The position numbers and the translations under genes were made by a program. From assembly GCA_050735015.1 (NCBI GenBank), contig JBOHUY010000106.1:1-33357 (forward strand): a stretch of DNA of 33,357 nucleotides. Reading direction: 5' to 3'. The notes beneath the pieces were generated by a model. It was not told the DNA's origin. It saw only the letters and a list, made by a program, of their open reading frames with translations, and searched no databases. Source of the stretch: Candidatus Dormibacterales bacterium. Lineage in GTDB: Bacteria; Chloroflexota; Dormibacteria; Dormibacterales; Dormibacteraceae. Every line of letters begins with the position of its first letter. The stretch's first letter is position 1. This document shows positions 1 through 7,145 of this stretch, in pieces.

Positions 1-693
1 GCGCTCGAGCTGGGAGGCGATTCGGCCGAACGTCGACTCGGCCCCTGTCTGCACGACCACGCCGCGGCCGCGGCCCGACTTGACGACGGTCCCCATCAGC
101 GCGCAGGAAGGGAGGTCGAGTGGAGAATCGGGAGCTGACGACGGCCCCGATGTCTTCGCGGCCGGCATCGACTCTCCGGTCACCACCGCCTCGTCGCATT
201 CCAGCGCGCTGGTCTCGAGGAGTCTCATGTCGGCGGGGACGACGTCGCCGACATCGAGAAGGACGATGTCTCCCGGCACCAGCTCCGTCACGTCCACCTG
301 GTGCACGGTCGCGTCGCGCACGACGAGCGCCCGGTGGCGGATGCGAGCGTGGAGCTCCTCCGCCAGACGCTCGGAGCGGTACTCGTTGAAGAAGCTGAGG
401 CCGACGCTGAGGCCCGAGATGACGAGGATCATGGAGCCGTCGGTGTGATCGCCGAGGCCGAAAGAGATCAGGGCCCCGGCCGCAAGCAGGATCAAGAGCG
501 GATTGCGCAACTGCCTGAGCAACACGCCGAGGGCCGTCACCCGATGGCTTCCCAGGCTGTTCGGCCCCCAGCTCGCAAGCCGCGCCGCGGCTTCGCCCGA
601 CGTTAGACCGGCCGGGCTGCTGCTTCCGAGGCTTCGAAGGACTTCACGAGCGTCGAGGCGCGCCGCTTCCGCCAGGTCAGGGGACTCGCGCAC
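1..693 (-). CDS. P-type (E1-E2) cation-transporting ATPase, N-terminal part; the gene runs off the left edge of the window
   Basis: Absent from the ORF track because there is no stop in the window. Reverse translation in the frame ending at nt 1 reads ...EVLRSLGSSSPAGLTSGEAAARLASWGPNSLGSHRVTALGVLLRQLRNPLLILLAAGALISFGLGDHTDGSMILVISGLSVGLSFFNEYRSERLAEELHARIRHRALVVRDATVHQVDVTELVPGDIVLLDVGDVVPADMRLLETSALECDEAVVTGESMPAAKT...VVVQTGAESTFGRIASQLER. This covers the cation-ATPase N-terminal domain, TM1-TM2 and the TGES actuator motif. Start assigned to GTG at 693; an in-frame GTG at 738 is also possible. Confidence 0.85.
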   Translation of the reverse strand, partial: MRESPDLAEAARLDAREVLRSLGSSSPAGLTSGEAAARLASWGPNSLGSHRVTALGVLLRQLRNPLLILLAAGALISFGLGDHTDGSMILVISGLSVGLSFFNEYRSERLAEELHARIRHRALVVRDATVHQVDVTELVPGDIVLLDVGDVVPADMRLLETSALECDEAVVTGESMPAAKTSGPSSAPDSPLDLPSCALMGTVVKSGRGRGVVVQTGAESTFGRIASQLER

Positions 694-824
694 GTTTCCA
701 GCCTGCGGCGTTCGCGCCGCGGCAGGTAGAGCCGACACGGCCCCAAAGGCCGGGCCTTCGGGCTGGCGAAGCGGGGCCGGGCGGCCCGTGCTCCTCGGCC
801 CCGGGTTGCCAACACTGAGCGCAG

Positions 825-941
825 GGGAAGCACGATACGGGGCCGGAGTTCTTCCTAGGGCTCTCCGGTTCCGGCAGGGGGACACTCCCGATCGTGCTTC
901 CCGTGGCGGCGACTCCCGGGTTCAGATGGAGATGAACCCGG
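825..941 (-). promoter_or_regulatory. Structured region upstream of the P-type ATPase: long imperfect stem-loop plus a second hairpin; candidate leader RNA, class unknown
   Basis: GGGAAGCACGAT (825-836) is the exact reverse complement of ATCGTGCTTCCC (891-902). After a 1-nt bulge the pairing continues, 838-842 with 886-890. An inner hairpin pairs CCGGAG (843-848) with CTCCGG (863-868). A second hairpin pairs CCGGGTTCA (916-924) with TGAACCCGG (933-941) around an 8-nt loop. It lies about 130-250 nt upstream of the ATPase start on the same strand. Confidence 0.3.
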
Positions 942-1172
942 CGTCACCTCGCGGCCGGGCGATCAGGTTCACGCCGGAGCGCCACCGCACGGTCGAGGGC
1001 TTGGTGGCTTGCCCGCTCGGCCGCCGGCCCCCTGTGCTCGATGAGTTCATCGGCCGTTCCTGTGGCCGGCGTTTACACGCGCGGCGTGGCAGTGGCCGGC
1101 ACGATCGTCAACTTCATCTTCTTCCAGTCCCCGACCTGGCGGGCGGCACGTCTGCGGAGTCCATGGAAAGGC

Positions 1173-1206
1173 GAGAGCCCTGGCGGGACACCCCGCCAGG
1201 GCTCTC
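1173..1206 (-). terminator. Intrinsic-terminator-like hairpin downstream of the 1220-1774 gene
   Basis: Perfect 15-bp inverted repeat GAGAGCCCTGGCGGG (1173-1187) / CCCGCCAGGGCTCTC (1192-1206) with a 4-nt loop. On the minus strand it begins 13 nt after the stop codon and is followed by GCCTTTCC. On the plus strand it is followed by TTCGCGG. Confidence 0.6.
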
Positions 1207-1219
1207 TTCGCGGTAGCGT

Positions 1220-1774
1220 TCAGGCCGTGGCCCGGAGGATGACCTTGTGCCGGGCTGGCCTGTGCAGCTGCATGAGCTCGAAGGCCAGTGCCCCGAGGAC
1301 TCCAATCGTCGCCACCAGGAGACCTATAGCGGCGTAGAGGGCGTACTCTCCGACCTGCCACCAGCCGTACGCGTTGAGCAGCGTCGCCCTCAGCATTGTG
1401 CCCTTGAAGAGGGTGTTGACCAGGCCCTGTAGCTGAGCGTTTTTGGGATCGGCCACAGCCGCCGCGCTGGCAGCAGCATAGGTATTGTAAGGCTTCATGG
1501 CCTTGAGGTGAACCGCGATGAAATCATTCGCGTAAACCCTCGCCTGGTCTCCGTTGACGACCTGCTGTCCGGCGTACAAGTGGATCTCCGCCGGGTACTC
1601 GGGAGCTGAGAGGACTCTCGCCGACGGGAATGCTATGTGCTGCGAGGCCAGCTGGTCACGGACCATGCCGTTCGCGAAGCTGGTCCCCCAGAAAAGGAAC
1701 CCCGTCAGGAATCCCAGCACCAGTACGATCACGACCTGAAGCGTGATCACGCGCCACCTGATTCCGGTTGTCAT
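1220..1774 (-). CDS. Hypothetical membrane protein with two predicted TM helices flanking an extracytoplasmic domain
   Basis: ORF track 1220..1804. The start was moved to the ATG at 1774 (MTTGIRWRVITLQVVIVLVLGFLTGFLFWG...) because AAAGGAGGCG sits 6-8 nt upstream. There is a C-terminal hydrophobic helix, YALYAAIGLLVATIGVLGALAF. I recognise no family. Confidence 0.7.
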   Translation of the reverse strand: MTTGIRWRVITLQVVIVLVLGFLTGFLFWGTSFANGMVRDQLASQHIAFPSARVLSAPEYPAEIHLYAGQQVVNGDQARVYANDFIAVHLKAMKPYNTYAAASAAAVADPKNAQLQGLVNTLFKGTMLRATLLNAYGWWQVGEYALYAAIGLLVATIGVLGALAFELMQLHRPARHKVILRATA

Positions 1775-1830
1775 CTTGATCGCCTCCTTTGGTTTCGGCA
1801 CCATTCAACTTCAGCGACGGAGCGATCGCA

Positions 1831-1850
1831 GGGGCCGTTCGGCCCCTTTT
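1831..1850 (+). terminator. Orphan plus-strand intrinsic-terminator-like hairpin with a T-tract
   Basis: GGGGCC (1831-1836), loop GTTC, GGCCCC (1841-1846), then TTTT (1847-1850). No plus-strand gene precedes it. It lies 57-76 nt upstream of the start of the minus-strand gene 1220-1774. Confidence 0.4.
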
Positions 1851-2440
1851 CGCTGCTACCACGGTCACTTTCGCCCGGGTGACTTCTGGCGCTTCGTGTC
1901 CACATCTGGAGTCCGGGGGTGTCAACGGCCATCTGAGATCCGCGTCTGCGGCGAACGAAAAGTCCGCACCTATTGCCGCGTAGAGGCCTGCGGCGTCGGC
2001 ACCCGCACACCGAGGGGCTGAGAAGCCCGTAGAGGCCCGGCAGCGATCCTCCGACTTGGGCGACCGAGCCTCTCAGACACCCGGCGGACCACCTCCTCCG
2101 CTGCGCGCCTCCCACGTGCGGAAGGACTGGCCCGCTTGGTGCGTGTGACCGGCTTCCGGGTTTCCACCGCCATCGCCCCCTCAGGGGTTCGCGTCCCAGA
2201 CGATCGGCGAACGCTCACCATCGGCGGAGTCGGGAATCAGGTCGGGTGACCAGCACGACGTGGAGAATGGTTCCGGCAACCAGGCCCCAAAGATGCCCGC
2301 GTCCCAGACCGCAGCCACGCAGCGGGAGGTGGTCGTTCTCCGGCGCGGCGAAGGGAGCGTCAGGGCGCGGCGTCAGGCCGCCTGATCAGGGACACGGGAA
2401 ATTCCCCAACTAGCAGTCCGGCTATCGCGGCCATGGTCGA

Positions 2441-2989
2441 CTACGGTGGCCGCCTCAAGTAGGGACTATCGGCCCGACCGTGGCGGCCGCCGGGCGAGGG
2501 CCGCGGCCGCCGATAACCATCCTTGCCTCCCGGTGGCACGGCGAGCACCTCTCCCACGCGCTCGACGAAATCCCGCGCTGCGGCTTCGGCAACTCGATGG
2601 AGCAGGGCACGGTCGATGATGCTGCCCACGACCGAGAGCGGCGGCGTATAGCGGGCGGACAGGGAAAGCTGCGTCATGCGGGCACCCATCCGTGCCAGTT
2701 CGAGGTCGGCTTCAACGAACGGGAAGAGCCCCTCCTTCGACAAGGAGCGCCATGAGAGAGGTACCAGCAGTGTGCCGGCTGCTTCCGCCGGAACGCCTAC
2801 GCTGATCTCACCTCGCCGGCCAAGCCACCGGCGCCCTAGGTTGAACCCGACTTCGGCGAGCAGACGGTCTTCCCAATCGCCGCTGGCCCTGATCACATCC
2901 GGGAGCCAGGTGCTCGGTTCGTGCCCGAGGAGCCGTTCCTTGACCTCTGCGATCGACGCATCCAGCTCCAGGCACGCCTTTGTGAACAT
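2441..2989 (-). CDS. Hypothetical protein, soluble, no family recognised
   Basis: ORF track 2441..3160. The N-terminal 57 aa are Arg/Ser/Cys-rich and look non-coding, so the start was set at the ATG at 2989 (MFTKACLELDASIAEVKERLLGHEPSTWLPDVIRASGDWEDRLLAEVGF...). No clear RBS. Confidence 0.5.
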   Translation of the reverse strand: MFTKACLELDASIAEVKERLLGHEPSTWLPDVIRASGDWEDRLLAEVGFNLGRRWLGRRGEISVGVPAEAAGTLLVPLSWRSLSKEGLFPFVEADLELARMGARMTQLSLSARYTPPLSVVGSIIDRALLHRVAEAAARDFVERVGEVLAVPPGGKDGYRRPRPSPGGRHGRADSPYLRRPP

Positions 2990-3307
2990 CCTGAGATGTT
3001 GCAGCCGGAGCGACGCTCTCGGTAGGGCCGATCGGCATCTAATGCTGATGACCACCCGCTCCCCCCGAACCGGACTCGCGGGTCTGCACCGGGCCGTCCG
3101 TCCTCCCGAAGCAGAGCCGAGAGCCATGGTGACCAAGCCTGTGACTCCGTAGGCTGACAACCAGCGAGAAGCCTGATGGGCCAGGCGGCCACAATCAGTA
3201 TGAAGAGAGGAGACCGATCGACCTCAGGCTTCTCGCCTCAACCGCCTTCGGCGCTCAGCATCGCCCTTCCGTCCCAACCCAATTGCAGGAGAACGCCGTC
3301 ACGCCAA

Positions 3308-3343
3308 GCCGGTAACCGGCCGCCTCCGGCGCGACGGCGCCGG
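3308..3343 (-). terminator. Tandem hairpins downstream of the cytochrome b-module operon
   Basis: CCGGCGC (3326-3332), loop GACG, GCGCCGG (3337-3343) lies 6 nt after the stop at 3350-3352. It is followed on the minus strand by the palindrome GCCGG-TTA-CCGGC (plus-strand 3308-3320, written there as GCCGG-TAA-CCGGC) and then TTGG. Confidence 0.4.
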
Positions 3344-3349
3344 CCCTGG

Positions 3350-4327
3350 TTAGTTTGCGGCCGAACGATTGCTCGATTGTGCCGTTCGACGCGCCAAGTC
3401 CTGCTCGCGATAATGATCGCGCCAGATCAGGCGGTAGATGGGGACCAGTCGCGGTATGTCGCGGAACCCCGGAATGAAGGGAACCAACGCCAGCAGCGTG
3501 GTGAGGCCCAGCATCATGAGCACGACCAGGAGGTCGGCGTCGGAGGCGCTGTTGAACGGTGGCAGCTGGTACCACATCGTGAAGAGCCAGAGCCACGTCT
3601 GCCCCGGATAGCTCCCGGTCTCGTTCATCATTCCCCACTGATCGCCCATCAGGTGCTGCTGCTGCGCCAGCGCCGGCAGGTATCCGCCATCCCCCATGAA
3701 GAGCAGCGGCTTCGTGTAATCGGTCTGGTAGAAGCGGCCGCTGCGCACGAGCAGACCGTCCAGGCCTCCCGTGCGAGCGACGGTCAGAAGCGACGACATC
3801 ATGGTGGTGAGCGGGCCGTAGTGTCCAGTTGGAACAGTGACGACCCCATTCACGACTTCTGCGCGACCGAGTGCCTTGGCGTATGCGGATAGCCAGGTCT
3901 GCTGGGTGTCCCCACCTGCCGAGTTGTAGGTGCGGAGGGCACTCGTCAGGCCGGGGTTGCCGGCGCTCGCGTAGCCGAGTGGCCGGAGGACGAAGTCCTG
4001 CGCCGGGTTGACCGGCTGACGCGTCCCGAACCAGATCTGCGGGGCGAACGGTCCCCACGTCTGGACCGCTCCGGACCCCGTGGTGTATGGCGGACCATAG
4101 CCCGAACTGGTCGTCTGCCCGGCCAACTCTGCCGTGGCAGTGGTGACAAAATCCGCCGGCTGCGCCTGCGCCCACTTCTGGATCGTCAGCGGCGGCTCAT
4201 CAGGCGATGAGAGGACGGCAGAGAGGGCCAGTATGCCGAGCAACACCACACCGAGCGCGATCGCCAATTCTTTAACGAGATCGTAGGGGAGGGTTCTCAC
4301 GCCTCGGTAGTACAGCTCCTGGTCCAT
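3350..4327 (-). CDS. Membrane protein translationally coupled to cytochrome b6-like gene; possible subunit-IV / cytochrome b C-terminal analogue with a very large extracytoplasmic loop
   Basis: ORF track, 325 aa. Its ATG lies 1 nt after the upstream stop. It has an N-terminal TM (LAIALGVVLLGILALSAVL), roughly 200 aa of hydrophilic sequence, then WLWLFTMWYQLPPF followed by a TM (LLVVLMMLGLTTLLALVPFIPGF). Confidence 0.75.
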   Translation of the reverse strand: MDQELYYRGVRTLPYDLVKELAIALGVVLLGILALSAVLSSPDEPPLTIQKWAQAQPADFVTTATAELAGQTTSSGYGPPYTTGSGAVQTWGPFAPQIWFGTRQPVNPAQDFVLRPLGYASAGNPGLTSALRTYNSAGGDTQQTWLSAYAKALGRAEVVNGVVTVPTGHYGPLTTMMSSLLTVARTGGLDGLLVRSGRFYQTDYTKPLLFMGDGGYLPALAQQQHLMGDQWGMMNETGSYPGQTWLWLFTMWYQLPPFNSASDADLLVVLMMLGLTTLLALVPFIPGFRDIPRLVPIYRLIWRDHYREQDLARRTAQSSNRSAAN

Positions 4328-4328
4328 C

Positions 4329-4967
4329 TCACCTGACCTCCGGACGGCGCTCGATCGGCTTCACGACGCCTCGGAAACGGACCTGCATGAGGTGGATCCC
4401 CACCAGCGTGATGAGCAGGACCGGGAACATCAGGATGTGCAAACCGAACATCTGGCCGAAGTTGAGGACGTTGAAAAACGAGCCGACGCCGGTCGAGTTG
4501 ACGGCGTCTTTCGCATTGACCGCGATCCACTGCGAGTCGAAGTTCTGCTGCGCCAGGTAGCCAGTGAACGCGGTGACGATGCTGACCGCGAAGATGACGG
4601 ACCCGACCATCCATGTGGGTGCCCGACCGTGACGCCAGCTCTGCATGAAGAACTGGCCCCAGAGGTGCAGCACCATGAAGACGAAGAAGACCTGGGTGCT
4701 CCAGAAATGCATGCTGTTGAAGAAGCGTCCCGTCGCGCTCATGTGCCACCACTGGGGGCCCATGAAGGCGAGCACGGCGCCGCTGATCACCACCCAGATC
4801 AGCGCCGCCAGGGTGACGACGCCGAACACGTAGACCCAGGAGCCCACATAGGCGGGCTGGCGGTCGGGTAGCAGGTGCGCGTACGGCAGGTGCTTCTCGA
4901 GCCGGGAGCGGACGGCAATCGTCCAGCTGCCGGACGGATTGTCAACAGGGCGCGGTCTCAGACTCAT
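4329..4967 (-). CDS. Cytochrome b N-terminal domain protein (cytochrome b6-like, four helices, two heme-b His pairs)
   Basis: ORF track 4329..5090. The start was set at the ATG at 4967 (MSLRPRPVDNPSGSW...), which is preceded by GGGAGG plus a 6-nt spacer. His pairs are MHFWSTQVFFVFMVLH (13 residues between the His) and LHILMFPVLLITLVGIH (14 between). Other typical cytochrome b sequence: YVGSWVYVFGVVTLAALIWVVISG and FTGYLAQQN. Confidence 0.88.
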   Translation of the reverse strand: MSLRPRPVDNPSGSWTIAVRSRLEKHLPYAHLLPDRQPAYVGSWVYVFGVVTLAALIWVVISGAVLAFMGPQWWHMSATGRFFNSMHFWSTQVFFVFMVLHLWGQFFMQSWRHGRAPTWMVGSVIFAVSIVTAFTGYLAQQNFDSQWIAVNAKDAVNSTGVGSFFNVLNFGQMFGLHILMFPVLLITLVGIHLMQVRFRGVVKPIERRPEVR

Positions 4968-5116
4968 GGCCGGCCTCCCTTCGGCCGGTCGCCGTGCTTC
5001 GGAAACGGCAACACGATGGCGAGGCCGAAGACAAGGACCATGCCGGCGATCATCAGAGCGTTGGGTATCGAGATGCTGATGAAGCCCCAATGCAAGTAGC
5101 TGGCAGGTGTATCCAC
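4964..5116 (-). CDS. Small (50 aa) single-TM protein, first gene of the cytochrome b module; too short for the ORF track
   Basis: GTG at 5116 is preceded by GGAGGA with a 5-6 nt spacer. Translation: (M)DTPASYLHWGFISISIPNALMIAGMVLVFGLAIVLPFPKHGDRPKGGRP. Its TGA stop (4964-4966) overlaps the cytochrome b ATG (4965-4967) in an ATGA junction. Confidence 0.5.
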   Translation of the reverse strand: MDTPASYLHWGFISISIPNALMIAGMVLVFGLAIVLPFPKHGDRPKGGRP

Positions 5117-5609
5117 GTCTATCCTCCGTTTTCGGTTGATTAGACCCGAGGCTACCTTCCGCTGTGCACCCCCGACAGGGCCTTGTGGACGCCCGACCGG
5201 GGGCCGACCGGGCTACCGCGCACCGGGCCGGCCGGCCCCCACCCCAGGGTCGGACCCGCGAGTTGGCGAACGCCCCAGGGCGCGGTCCGATTCCCAGCGG
5301 GAGATCGCCGCCAGCGCCTCTCCGTCCCCGGGCGAATGTTCAGGCCTTCGCCCCGAGGCATCTGCCCCTCGACGACGCGGCCGAGGCGAGCCCGTTCACG
5401 GCCGCCAGTGCAACTCCCCGCGCGCCCGGGCGCCGGGTAGTACCTGGATACGTCGATGCCGCCGCGCGCTCTGCCACCGGCGCCTTGTGCTGCCCGGCGA
5501 CGCCGGCCATGGCTCCGGGGCGGCAGAGGCAATTGTGGGAGAAGGCTGGTTGACGGGAAACGTCCTCGGCCGACCGGGCCATTCGGCTCTACATGCAGGG
5601 TGCTGGCAC

Positions 5610-6287
5610 ATGCATGCTGAGATCGTGAATGCAGGCGGCCAGCCGCTCAGGGTGGTGCTAGTCGACGACCACGAGCTCGTCCGTGACGGGCTCAGGTTCT
5701 TCCTTGGCCAGGCAGGCGGGATCGAAGTGGTGGGCGAGGCGGCGAGCCCGGCCGACGCGGTCCGCGAGACTGAGCGAACCCGGCCGGACGTGGTGGTCAT
5801 GGACGTCCGCCTCGCAGGAGGGAGCGGGATCGAAGCCACGCGCGAGATTCGTGGCCGCGTCCCGGAGACGAAGGTCCTCATGCTGACCTCCTTTGCCGAC
5901 GACGAGGCGCTGCTGGCGTCCGTTCTGGCCGGTGCGTCGGGCTATGTGCCCAAGCGGTTCCGCACCGGCGAGCTGGTGCGCGCGATCCGGGACGTGGGCG
6001 CGGGGCAAAACCTGCTGGACACGCCGGCGACGAGCCAGGTCAGGGAACGCCTGCGCAAGGGCAAGCACCTCGTATCAGATGACCGGCTCGCCCGTCTCTC
6101 GCCACAGGAAGAGAGAATCCTGTCCCTCGTGGCTGAGGGCAAGACCAACCGCCAGATCGGGCAGGAGATGGGCTTGGCCGAGAAGACGGTCAAGAACTAC
6201 GTGTCGAGCGTGATGACCAAGCTCGAGGTCAGCCGCCGCGCCGAGGCGGCCGCGTACTTCGCGGGGCGCTCCGGAACGAGGGCTTAG
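5610..6287 (+). CDS. NarL/FixJ-family response regulator, DevR/DosR-like (receiver + LuxR-type HTH)
   Basis: ORF track 5136..6287. The first ~158 aa are Arg/Pro/Gly junk, so the start was set at the ATG at 5610 (MHAEIVNAGGQPLRVVLVDDHELVRDGL...). Receiver motifs DD, VVVMDVRL and GASGYVPK are present. HTH: LSPQEERILSLVAEGKTNRQIGQEMGLAEKTVKNYVSSVMTKLEV. Length 225 aa. Confidence 0.85.
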   Translation: MHAEIVNAGGQPLRVVLVDDHELVRDGLRFFLGQAGGIEVVGEAASPADAVRETERTRPDVVVMDVRLAGGSGIEATREIRGRVPETKVLMLTSFADDEALLASVLAGASGYVPKRFRTGELVRAIRDVGAGQNLLDTPATSQVRERLRKGKHLVSDDRLARLSPQEERILSLVAEGKTNRQIGQEMGLAEKTVKNYVSSVMTKLEVSRRAEAAAYFAGRSGTRA

Positions 6288-6431
6288 CAAATCCCCTTCC
6301 CGCCTGGCCGCCTCCCCACTCGGGTCGGAGGTGAGGTGGCATCGGGAAGCGGTCACCGAGGGGACCCGCGATTTCCCTGGATCGCCTTCGGCTGCGCCAA
6401 GGACCTCCCCCGGGCGCGAAGGCCGGCAGCG

Positions 6432-7109
6432 TCAGGCGCCCGACCGGGACGTCTTGCGGACGAGGTAGGCTGCGGCTTCGGCTCGGCGCCCGACCTCCAG
6501 TTTGCCCAGGATGCTGGAGACGTAGTTCTTGACCGTCTTGTCCGAGAGGCCCAGCTCGATCCCGATCTCGCGGTTGGTCTTGCCTTCTGCGACCAGCCTC
6601 AGGATTCTCTCCTCGTGGGGACTGAGCCGCCCCAGCTTCTCGTCCTTGAAGAGATCCTTCGCTCCCCGGAGCTTCTCGAGGAGAGGAGCCGTCATCGTGG
6701 GGTCCAGCAGAGCCTTCCCCTCCCCGACGGCCCGCACCGCGCGGACCAGATCCTCTCGGTGCACCTCCTTGAGGACGTAGCCGGAAGCACCGGCCAGGAT
6801 GGAGGCGAAGAGCGCCTCCTCGTCGGCGTAGGTGGTGAGCATCAGGACCTTGGTCTCCGGCCGCTCGGCACGGATCTGGCGCGTGGCGTCGATGCCGCTC
6901 CCGTCGCCCAGACTCACATCCATGATCACCAGCTCGGGGTGGACAGCCGAGGCTCGGCTGACCGCCTCGCGGACCGACCCTGCCTCGGCCACCACCGCGA
7001 AGTCGGGTTGAGCCTCGAGCAGACCGCGGATCCCGTGGCGGACCACCTCGTGGTCGTCCACGATCATGATCCGGAGCCGGTGACCCTGGCCGCCGGGAGG
7101 GACCTCCAT
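6432..7109 (-). CDS. NarL/FixJ-family response regulator, DevR/DosR-like; paralogue of 5610-6287
   Basis: C-terminal 225 aa of track ORF 6432..8084. Starts at the ATG at 7109 (MEVPPGGQGHRLRIMIVDDHEVVRHGI...). Contains LVIMDVSLGDGSGIDATRQIR, GASGYVLK and LSPHEERILRLVAEGKTNREIGIELGLSDKTVKNYVSSILGKLEV. Confidence 0.9.
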   Translation of the reverse strand: MEVPPGGQGHRLRIMIVDDHEVVRHGIRGLLEAQPDFAVVAEAGSVREAVSRASAVHPELVIMDVSLGDGSGIDATRQIRAERPETKVLMLTTYADEEALFASILAGASGYVLKEVHREDLVRAVRAVGEGKALLDPTMTAPLLEKLRGAKDLFKDEKLGRLSPHEERILRLVAEGKTNREIGIELGLSDKTVKNYVSSILGKLEVGRRAEAAAYLVRKTSRSGA

Positions 7110-7116
7110 GCGGGTC

Positions 7117-7126
7117 AAACTACCAT
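7117..7126. promoter_or_regulatory. Back-to-back candidate -10 boxes in the 21-36 nt gap between the divergent regulator and kinase genes
   Basis: Plus-strand TACCAT (7121-7126, TAnnnT) lies 4 nt before GTG 7131 and about 19 nt before TTG 7146. Minus-strand TAGTTT (7122-7117) has 7 nt between it and the regulator ATG at 7109, a spacing typical of leaderless transcripts. Confidence 0.3.
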
Positions 7127-7145
7127 CACGGTGAGGAAAGAGGGA

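Noticed and set aside
1073-1117. 14-codon mini-ORF (MKLTIVPATATPRV) on the minus strand upstream of the ATPase, considered as a possible leader peptide.
   Set aside because: The purine-rich stretch abuts the ATG with no spacer, and the ORF lies about 380 nt from the ATPase start. With no conservation data it is indistinguishable from chance. It is mentioned only inside the leader finding.
1970-2221. 83-aa basic ORF on the minus strand in the 1805-2440 gap. Also an unstarted frame at about 2225-2330 reading ...GHLWGLVAGTILHVVLV.
   Set aside because: There is no RBS and no recognisable family. The second frame has no start codon at all. It may be gene debris, but I cannot support a call.
5117-5609. 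An intergenic region of about 490 nt between the cytochrome b module and the first response regulator, containing several 80-130 aa ORFs.
   Set aside because: All the ORFs there are Arg/Pro/Gly-rich with no motifs. I could not find convincing promoter boxes, repeats or a DosR-type palindrome by eye. It is left unannotated but would be worth a motif scan.
6336-7130. N-terminal 265 aa of the 890-aa plus-strand ORF, and residues 1-325 of the 550-aa minus-strand ORF 6432..8084.
   Set aside because: Each is the antisense shadow of the other strand's real gene, the response regulator and the kinase respectively. Recognisable domains begin only at 7109 (-) and about 7131-7146 (+).
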